This document shows positions 57,074 through 64,000 of a stretch of 64,000 nucleotides of DNA, in pieces. Positions within the stretch are counted from its first letter, which is position 1, and each line of letters opens with the position of its first letter. A program made the translations under genes and the position numbers. Under the pieces are notes generated by a model. It made no database searches and was not told where the DNA came from. It was given only the letters and a program-made list of their open reading frames with translations. The stretch covers positions 87-64,086 of the forward strand of contig DIVV01000128.1 of NCBI GenBank assembly GCA_002423385.1, written 5' to 3'. The stretch comes from a bacterium UBP16_UBA6123 (GTDB lineage Bacteria > Muiribacteriota > UBA9980).

Positions 57074-58171
57074 GTGATGAAAATGCTGATTAAACGCAAA
57101 GGTGTTTTTTATTGGCCCGTGTTTTTCATGCTTGTTTCATTGGCCTTTATCGCCTCCTTTCCATGCGGCGCGGCTCTGGCGCAAGGCGAATACAGTATAC
57201 AAACCCATACCGATAAACAAAGCATAACCGAGGGCGAACGATTCACGCTTACCGTAATAATTAGATCGAACTCCAGTATTACGACCGAACCCAAACAGCC
57301 TGACCTTAAAGATTTTGTGATCGACGGGCGCCAGCAGTTCAGCCGAATTTCGATCGTCAACGGCGCTCAGAGCGTCGAAGCCGGCTACCATTATTCTCTG
57401 CGGCCGCTCAAACCGGGCAAATTAATTATCGGCAGATTCGAAATTAACTACACCGACCCGGCCGGCGCGCCAAAAACCGCGCAGAGCGAACCGATAACTA
57501 TCGAAGTAAGCCCCGAAGCGATCGAAGAAGAACCCGCGCCGCCTTCCGTCGAAAGCGCCCCTCCAAAAGAAGAACAAATCGAGCGCGAAATAATATCAAA
57601 ACATCTTTTAGTTATCACTGCGGTTATCTTACTGGCTTTCGCCCTGATATGGTTCGTAATATGGCAGAGCGCTAAAAAAGAAAGAAAAATGGCTTATACA
57701 TCGGCCGGTAACGGCGATAAACTTCAAATCAACCTTCACAAAAACGACGGAACACGGCATGCCGACGCCCCGACAGGCGCCAGCAGAAACGCCTCAAACC
57801 CGTCATCCGGTTTAACCACGGCGGAAACTCGGGCAATAATAGATCCGTCCGCTACGTTAAAAAACATAATATCGCTTAAAAATGCGGGCGATTACAGGCA
57901 AATGTTCGTTCAAATACCAAAATACATCAAGCAGTGCGCGAGTTTTCAAACTAAAGACAACGGCGGATTATGCGAATTGACCAATCAGGAATTCATCGGC
58001 CGCGTCAATAAAATTCCGGGCATAGCTTCTCGCGAATCCGCTATAAACGATATCCTCTCACTTTGCGATTTGGTCAACTACGCTAAATATATTCCCGCGG
58101 AATCCGAAATCGATAATACGATCAAAGAATTAAATATCATAAGCCGTTTATTTGAAAGAGGTGGCAATTAG
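57074..58171 (+). CDS. BatD-like membrane protein with C-terminal DUF4381-like region
   Basis: Signal peptide, beta-rich periplasmic domain, TM (LLVITAVILLAFALIWFVIW), C-terminal segment similar to protein 61376..61966 (LCDLVNYAKYIPAESE vs CDLVKFAKFVPSEAE). Confidence 0.4.
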   Translation: MMKMLIKRKGVFYWPVFFMLVSLAFIASFPCGAALAQGEYSIQTHTDKQSITEGERFTLTVIIRSNSSITTEPKQPDLKDFVIDGRQQFSRISIVNGAQSVEAGYHYSLRPLKPGKLIIGRFEINYTDPAGAPKTAQSEPITIEVSPEAIEEEPAPPSVESAPPKEEQIEREIISKHLLVITAVILLAFALIWFVIWQSAKKERKMAYTSAGNGDKLQINLHKNDGTRHADAPTGASRNASNPSSGLTTAETRAIIDPSATLKNIISLKNAGDYRQMFVQIPKYIKQCASFQTKDNGGLCELTNQEFIGRVNKIPGIASRESAINDILSLCDLVNYAKYIPAESEIDNTIKELNIISRLFERGGN

Positions 58172-58174
58172 TCA

Positions 58175-59176
58175 ATGAACAACGAGATTAAAGAAATCCA
58201 GGAGCTGGTCAGGTCGAAAAGCGAGCTTACTTCAAAGATAACGGGCGAAATCAGAAAGGTGATCATAGGACAGGATCATCTCGTAGATTCGCTTTTAATA
58301 AGTTTTTTCTCCAACGGCCACATACTTTTAGAAGGCATGCCGGGCTTAGCTAAAACTATGGCTATAAAAACGCTTTCAGCAGCCATTAAAACTAAATTCG
58401 CGCGCATTCAGTTCACGCCCGACCTTCTGCCCGCCGATTTAGTCGGCACCCGTATCTACAATCAAAAAACCGGCGAGTTCGAAACTTCAAAAGGCCCGGT
58501 TTTCACTAATTTTTTATTAGCCGACGAAATCAACCGCTCGCCCGCTAAAGTGCAAAGCGCCCTGCTTGAAGCCATGGAAGAGCGCCAGGTCACTATCGAA
58601 AAAGAAACTTTTAAATTGGATGAGCCTTTTTTAGTAATGGCGACGCAGAACCCGGTCGAAACCGAAGGCACTTATCCGCTTTCCGAAGCGCAGGTGGACC
58701 GTTTCATGTTCAAAGTCATTATCGGCTATCCTTCAAGCGCCGACGAAAAAGAAATAATCAAAAAAATGGCGATCGAAAAAAATATTAAAACCGACATTAA
58801 AGTCAATGCCATTACAACGCCCGAAGAGCTGCTCGAAACAAGGCATCTAATCGATAAAATATATGTAGATGACAATATATTGACCTATGTGGTTAATTTA
58901 ATCAACGCCACGCGCACTCCTGAAAAATTTAAAATGAAAAATATAAAAGATTACATACGCTTCGGCGCATCGCCGCGCGCGTCGCTTTATTTAGTAGTGG
59001 CCGCCCGCGCGCACGCCTTTTTAAGAAAACGCGGCTATGTAATGCCGGAAGATATCAAATCGATAGCCTATAACGTTTTAAGGCACCGCATTATGCTCAC
59101 TTACGAAGCCGAAGCGGAAAACCTCACTACCGACGATATAATTAAAACGATACTGGACGGAGTCGAAATACCCTAA
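58175..59176 (+). CDS. MoxR-family AAA+ ATPase
   Basis: ILLEGMPGLAKT Walker A, LLADEINRSPAKVQSALLEAMEERQVT, FLVMATQNP; 333 aa. Confidence 0.85.
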   Translation: MNNEIKEIQELVRSKSELTSKITGEIRKVIIGQDHLVDSLLISFFSNGHILLEGMPGLAKTMAIKTLSAAIKTKFARIQFTPDLLPADLVGTRIYNQKTGEFETSKGPVFTNFLLADEINRSPAKVQSALLEAMEERQVTIEKETFKLDEPFLVMATQNPVETEGTYPLSEAQVDRFMFKVIIGYPSSADEKEIIKKMAIEKNIKTDIKVNAITTPEELLETRHLIDKIYVDDNILTYVVNLINATRTPEKFKMKNIKDYIRFGASPRASLYLVVAARAHAFLRKRGYVMPEDIKSIAYNVLRHRIMLTYEAEAENLTTDDIIKTILDGVEIP

Positions 59177-59206
59177 AATAATTATAGTTTATTAAAGATA
59201 AAAACG

Positions 59207-60091
59207 ATGATACCTAAAGAATTAATATCTCAAATAAGAAAAATAGAGATCAAAAGCAAAAAACTCGTCGATTCTTTATTCGCCGGAAATTTCCGTTCGG
59301 CGTTTAAAGGCCGCGGCCTCGAATTCGAGGGCATACGCCAGTATATAAGGGGCGACGATTACCGCAATATCGACTGGAAAGTCACGGCGCGAATGAACCG
59401 GCCGTTCATTAAAATTTACCGCGAAGAGCGCGAATTAGTGGTAATGCTGGTTATCGACGTTTCCGCCTCTTCGGCGTTCGGATCGCTCGGCCAGAACAAG
59501 CGCGAACTTGCCGCTGAATTTTGCGCCACCATAGCGCTTTCCGCCGTTTCCTCCGGCGACTCGGTCGGACTGCTGATGTTTAGCGATAAAATCGAAAACT
59601 TCATACCGCCTAAAAAAGGTAAAACTCATGCGCTCAGGCTTTTAAGAGAGATTTTATTTTTTACGCCCCGCTCGAGGCGCACGAATTTTTACGAAGCGCT
59701 CACTTTTTTAAACCGGGCTATCAAGCACCGCTGCATAACTTTTATGGTATCCGACTTCGAAGGCATTAACCAGCGCGACGAAAAGATGCTTTCGGTAACG
59801 AACCTCCGTCACGACACCATCTCCATCGTTTTAAACGACGACATGGACCTGATATCCGAAGATATCGGCTTAATCGATATATACGACCTTGAAACCGGCG
59901 AAACGCTCACCCTGGATACTTCCGACAAAAAAATTCTTGTCGGGCTGAAAAAAGAAAACTTAAAAAGGCGCGACAGGCTCAAACAAATATTCAGAAAATG
60001 CAATATAGATTTCATGCATCTATCCACCGGACATTCCATTCAAAAACCTATTATGGAATTTTTCCGGCGGCGCGAAACCGCTAAAAAATAA
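59207..60091 (+). CDS. DUF58 domain protein (vWA-like MoxR partner)
   Basis: FKGRGLEFEGIRQYIRGDDYRNIDWKVTAR...LVVMLVIDVSASSAFGS; 294 aa. Confidence 0.75.
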   Translation: MIPKELISQIRKIEIKSKKLVDSLFAGNFRSAFKGRGLEFEGIRQYIRGDDYRNIDWKVTARMNRPFIKIYREERELVVMLVIDVSASSAFGSLGQNKRELAAEFCATIALSAVSSGDSVGLLMFSDKIENFIPPKKGKTHALRLLREILFFTPRSRRTNFYEALTFLNRAIKHRCITFMVSDFEGINQRDEKMLSVTNLRHDTISIVLNDDMDLISEDIGLIDIYDLETGETLTLDTSDKKILVGLKKENLKRRDRLKQIFRKCNIDFMHLSTGHSIQKPIMEFFRRRETAKK

Positions 60092-60107
60092 CTCGGAGGT
60101 AATATCT

Positions 60108-61376
60108 GTGCCAAACGATAACAGCTCAAAACAAAATTTAATTTTTATCCTTCTTATTGCGCTTCTGGCGGTTTGTTTTTATAACATGCACCAGATAAGC
60201 GTTTTTGAAAAACGGACTGAAATAAAAATCGAACGCGCACGCGATTTCGCGGCTAAACTTGCCGCGCAAAAACTATACCACGAAGCCGCCGCGCATATCG
60301 AAAAATATTTAAGCGACGATTTAGTAACGCCTGAAGAAGTCGAATCGGCTTCGATTTATCTGGCTGATCTTTATTTCGAGCACATACAAAATTACGAAAA
60401 AGCCATGGCGGCTTATCTTAAAGTTCTATTCAAATTTCCGGCCACTAAATATAAAAACGACCTCGAACGGCGCGTCATAGAGTGCAAAGATCGTCTCGGC
60501 CGCCGCCTCGAAGCCGCCAATGACCTCGAAACGATCGAGCGCGGCCAGGCCGCTAAAATAACGCCGCCAAACGCCGGCCAGGCCGCGGCCACGGCCACCA
60601 ATGAAAACTCAATAGTAGTAGCCAAAATCGGCGATACAAGCATTACGATGACGGACTATCTCGGCGAGCTCGATTCTCTATTCAAGCAAAGTCAGATAGA
60701 TTTATCGAATCCGCAAAACCGCCGCAAACTTCTTAAAGACGTAATAGCCCGTAAAGTACTGCTTAAGCTCGCGAATTCTAAACGCTTTGACACCGACGCG
60801 CAAATATTAAAAAAAGTTAATTCGGCCAGAGAACAGATGATGATTGAAAAACTTTTAAACGACGAAGTATTTTCAAAAACCGAAGTCGATGAAATGTCTT
60901 TAAAACTCTACTACGATGCGCATAAAAACGAAATGCGCACGCCCGATAAGTATAAATTCGATTATCTGGTTTTAAACGATAATACCGAAGCCGTTTCGAT
61001 AGCTTTAAATAACGATTCCGTTAAATTTTCAAACTACGCCTCGCTTCAGACGCCTTTTGCGCCGCTGGGCGAAATTTCGGCAGCGGCCGAAATAGATTTA
61101 TCGGAAGCCACCACCGAAATTACGGCGGCCGTTCCGGGCGATATAATCAAAAAGGCCATTAAGAGGGTGGACGGCAGTTTCGCCGTGCTTAAACTCACTA
61201 ATTTTATAAAAGGCGATACGCTGCCTTTCGAAACTGTTAAAAACGATATACTCAGCCGCCTCACCGCGCAAAAACGCGAAAACGATATGCAAAATTATAT
61301 TATGAAAAATTTCGCGGAATTAAACGTAGTCATTTTCGACGAGGTTTTCAAACGCGAAACCGTTAAGGAAAAATAA
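60108..61376 (+). CDS. Membrane-anchored SurA-N-like/TPR-like protein of the Bat-like operon
   Basis: N-terminal TM, TPR-like helix pairs, then SurA N-terminal-like region; no parvulin signature. 422 aa. Confidence 0.3.
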   Translation: MPNDNSSKQNLIFILLIALLAVCFYNMHQISVFEKRTEIKIERARDFAAKLAAQKLYHEAAAHIEKYLSDDLVTPEEVESASIYLADLYFEHIQNYEKAMAAYLKVLFKFPATKYKNDLERRVIECKDRLGRRLEAANDLETIERGQAAKITPPNAGQAAATATNENSIVVAKIGDTSITMTDYLGELDSLFKQSQIDLSNPQNRRKLLKDVIARKVLLKLANSKRFDTDAQILKKVNSAREQMMIEKLLNDEVFSKTEVDEMSLKLYYDAHKNEMRTPDKYKFDYLVLNDNTEAVSIALNNDSVKFSNYASLQTPFAPLGEISAAAEIDLSEATTEITAAVPGDIIKKAIKRVDGSFAVLKLTNFIKGDTLPFETVKNDILSRLTAQKRENDMQNYIMKNFAELNVVIFDEVFKRETVKEK

Positions 61377-61966
61377 TGCGTACAGCCATTTTTGCCATAT
61401 TAATAATAACGGCGCATATATTTTTAATGCCGCACGCTTCAGCCGATGAAGAGATTCGCGATATTAAAAGCCTTATGAGTTATGAATTCGTTAAAGATAA
61501 TAAAACGCTCATACTCTCGCTGCTGGCTCTTCTTGCCGCGGTCATGGCGTTTTATTTATTTTTACGTTTAAGCCGCCGCAGGGAAGAAAGCGTGCTCGAA
61601 CCGCCCCCGCCGCCGCCCGTCCCTCACGACGAAACCGCGCTTGCCGCGCTTAAAGAGCTTATCGCTTCCGGCTCGCTCGAAGAAAAACGGTTCAAGGAAT
61701 TTTACACGCGCCTGTCGCATATAGTGCGCGTCTATACCGGCGGTTCACTCGAATTCAATTGCGCGGACCTTTATCTGGAAGAAATAACGATAAAACTCGA
61801 ATCGTTAAAAATTGCCCGGAACCATATCAGGGCTTTAGAAGCGCTCGAATCGAACTGCGACCTTGTCAAATTCGCGAAATTCGTTCCATCAGAAGCCGAG
61901 GCGCGCGAGGCTTTCGAATCGGCTGTTAATTTTATTAAAACGACTCGCGGGGGTAATTTCAGATGA
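61376..61966 (+). CDS. DUF4381-like single-pass membrane protein
   Basis: TM (LILSLLALLAAVMAFYLFL) followed by PPPPPPVP and conserved ...CDLVKFAKFVPSE...; ATGA overlap with upstream gene. Confidence 0.4.
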   Translation: MRTAIFAILIITAHIFLMPHASADEEIRDIKSLMSYEFVKDNKTLILSLLALLAAVMAFYLFLRLSRRREESVLEPPPPPPVPHDETALAALKELIASGSLEEKRFKEFYTRLSHIVRVYTGGSLEFNCADLYLEEITIKLESLKIARNHIRALEALESNCDLVKFAKFVPSEAEAREAFESAVNFIKTTRGGNFR

Positions 61967-63051
61967 TAACTTTCAAGCATCCGGCCCTGCTATACCTTTT
62001 AATTCTGCCCGCGCTGATATTTGCCTATACCATTTACCGCGATTCCCGCAAAAAAACCGGGATCGGTTTTTCTAATATAACGCTTTATCAAACCGCTTAT
62101 AAAAAAACTTATAAAACTTATCTGGCGGCGCTTTCCAATATTTTACGCGCGCTTATTATTATTTTATTGATAGTCGCAGCCGCCAGGCCGCAATTTGGCG
62201 AAGAAGAACAAAACACCACCAAACTGGGAATCGATATTTTTATAGCCCTCGACGTTTCAGGCTCCATGGCAGCCGAAGATCTCAAACCCGACCGCATAAC
62301 GGCGGCGCGCGAATTAACCGGCGATTTCATAAAGCAATTATCCGATCATCGGGTAGGGTTGGTAGTCTTCGCGGGCCGCTCGATGACGCTGTCGCCGCTT
62401 TCGACGGATATTTCTATAATGAGCGAAAGCGTTTCAAAAATTAATATCGGCGAAATGCCGATCGATGGAACCGCGATAGGCGATGCCATAGCCAACTGCG
62501 TATATAAGCTCAAAAACGATAAAAAAGCTAAAACTGCCGAAACCGCGCGCAACGGGCAAAAAAAAGACGCAGCCGATAAAGACGGCAAAAACGATAAAAA
62601 TAAAGTCAAATCGAAAATTATAATACTGCTTACCGACGGCGAAAATAATTCCGGCAATATCGAACCGATGCTTGCCGCTAAAATCGCCTACGACGAAAAA
62701 ATTAAAATTTACACCATAGGCATAGGATCTAAAGACGGCGCGCCAATACCCGTCACGCAGGGCGGCCGGAAATTTTACATGCGCAATCACGACGGATCTC
62801 TCGTAATTCCCAAACTCGACGAAAAACTTCTTCAGGAAATAGCTGAATTAACGGGCGGATTATACTTCAGAGCGACCGACGAAAAAAAATTAAAGGAAAT
62901 TTATGATATAATCAATAAACTTGAAAAGAGCGAAATAATAACTTCCAAATTCACGCTTTATTCCGAAAAAGCTCACTATCCTTTGTTTTTAGCCTTTATT
63001 CTTATGATATTCAATTTTATAATCGAATACAGGACTTTAATGAAACTATAA
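61963..63051 (+). CDS. von Willebrand factor A domain membrane protein (BatA-like)
   Basis: N-terminal TMs, MIDAS LDVSGSMAAED, ...ILLTDGENN; C-terminal TM; 362 aa. Confidence 0.8.
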   Translation: MITFKHPALLYLLILPALIFAYTIYRDSRKKTGIGFSNITLYQTAYKKTYKTYLAALSNILRALIIILLIVAAARPQFGEEEQNTTKLGIDIFIALDVSGSMAAEDLKPDRITAARELTGDFIKQLSDHRVGLVVFAGRSMTLSPLSTDISIMSESVSKINIGEMPIDGTAIGDAIANCVYKLKNDKKAKTAETARNGQKKDAADKDGKNDKNKVKSKIIILLTDGENNSGNIEPMLAAKIAYDEKIKIYTIGIGSKDGAPIPVTQGGRKFYMRNHDGSLVIPKLDEKLLQEIAELTGGLYFRATDEKKLKEIYDIINKLEKSEIITSKFTLYSEKAHYPLFLAFILMIFNFIIEYRTLMKL

Positions 63052-63087
63052 TAATAACGAAAGTTATCCGGGCGCAAAACATAAATT

Positions 63088-63585
63088 ATGATAATAAAAA
63101 ATCACCGAAGTTTTAAAACGAATATTAAATTTAATCTCAAGCTTAATGCTGATCTTCGCCTCTACACTAATTCTAAATTAGCCGTTACTTTCGTGGAGCT
63201 GATGATTTGCGTGAGCGTGATTTCAATAATAGCCGCATCCGCTCTCGCTTTAAGCGAAACAGGCTCCAGGCTTTCGCGGGAGTTCGAACTCAAATCGACG
63301 CTGCGGCTCGTTCGAAGCGCCATAGACCGATATTACGACAGATCGCTCGAAGAATCGCCGGCGCTCATGGATAACCTGCACTATCCCAGAAGTTTAAACG
63401 AGCTCGTCGAGAAAAAATTCATGCGCAAACTTCCGATAGACGCGTTTACGGGCCTTTCCGACTTCCGGCTGATATCTTCGACCGACGAGCCTGATTCGCT
63501 AAAAACCAACGGCGAAAATATATACGACATTAAAAGCTCCAGCGATTATATCGCGCTGGATAATTCAAAGGTGGACCAATGGTGA
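63088..63585 (+). CDS. GspG-like pseudopilin (type II secretion/type IV pilin-like)
   Basis: KLAVTFVELMICVSVISIIAA prepilin motif (start probably internal Met/Leu upstream of it); ...AIDRYY... GspG-like. Confidence 0.55.
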   Translation: MIIKNHRSFKTNIKFNLKLNADLRLYTNSKLAVTFVELMICVSVISIIAASALALSETGSRLSREFELKSTLRLVRSAIDRYYDRSLEESPALMDNLHYPRSLNELVEKKFMRKLPIDAFTGLSDFRLISSTDEPDSLKTNGENIYDIKSSSDYIALDNSKVDQW

Positions 63586-63968
63586 CTTGCTTTACAAAAA
63601 AATCATACGGCGCTTTCACTTTTATAGAAATAACCATGAGCATAGCCATAATAGCTATTTTATGCATGATAGCATATCCGGCGGCGACTCATTACGTTAA
63701 TAAAACTAAAGACGCCGCGCTGAAAAAAGACCTTTTCGTCCTGCGCGAAAGCATAGATAAATTTTATGCCGCCTATAACCGCTACCCGGCTTCGCTCGAA
63801 GAACTCGTCGAAAAAAAAATCATACGCGCGATTCCGATCGACCCGATTACATCTTCATACGACACCTGGATAATAATTCCGTCTAAAGAAGGCGAACGCG
63901 ACGTATTTAACGTAAAAAGCGGCGCGCCGGGAACCGACGGCGGGAAGATAGCCTATGAAACTTACTGA
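63579..63968 (+). CDS. GspG-like pseudopilin, tandem paralogue
   Basis: GAFTFIEITMSIAIIAIL prepilin motif; LRESIDKFYAAYNRYPASLEEL; 129 aa. Confidence 0.55.
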   Translation: MVTCFTKKSYGAFTFIEITMSIAIIAILCMIAYPAATHYVNKTKDAALKKDLFVLRESIDKFYAAYNRYPASLEELVEKKIIRAIPIDPITSSYDTWIIIPSKEGERDVFNVKSGAPGTDGGKIAYETY

Positions 63969-64000
63969 TTCCCCGGGCGGTCTCGCCCGTTTTAACCGGC

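Overview
This 64 kb window looks like a bacterial chromosome segment with a moderate-GC housekeeping core on both sides of a roughly 27 kb AT-rich accessory, defence-rich region (about 19.2–46.5 kb).

The left core (1–19.2 kb) is almost entirely on the minus strand. It carries a cluster of prepilin-type pseudopilin genes, an RNase P RNA (rnpB) that the ORF track misses, a TPM-domain protein, a COG1579 zinc-ribbon/Nif3 pair, a receiver protein, tlyA, dxs-ispA-xseB-xseA, accC-accB (the accB lacks its biotinyl-lysine), mazG, a large parvulin PPIase and a secreted ankyrin protein.

The accessory region begins with decayed defence genes: a frameshifted PLD/HKD nuclease remnant and an AbiEi/AbiEii toxin-antitoxin pair fused in frame to a deleted Schlafen/AlbA_2-HATPase_c_4 gene. 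A diverged 3' half of a tRNA-Thr at about 22.54 kb and an intact tRNA-Thr(CGU) at 46.44 kb bracket a roughly 24 kb genomic island. A tyrosine-integrase pseudogene with an in-frame TGA sits next to the intact tRNA.

The island carries a complete type 1 BREX system (brxA, brxB, brxC, pglX, pglZ, brxL) in one tightly packed minus-strand operon. The operon is non-canonical. Three extra genes sit between pglX and pglZ: a 251-aa protein whose start overlaps the pglX stop, an AAA_21-like ATPase, and a 222-aa partner overlapping by 1 nt. Two further genes (343 aa and 801 aa) sit 1–4 nt downstream of brxL. All five are clearly more AT-rich than the BREX core and are the best candidates for an undescribed defence module.

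The right core (46.5–64 kb) encodes a fused sugar-1-P nucleotidyltransferase/phosphomutase, a DacA-like carboxypeptidase, two tandem single-domain receivers, a MoxR/DUF58/vWA (Bat-like) operon and two GspG-like pseudopilins. Several AT-rich tandem-repeat tracts lie in intergenic regions.
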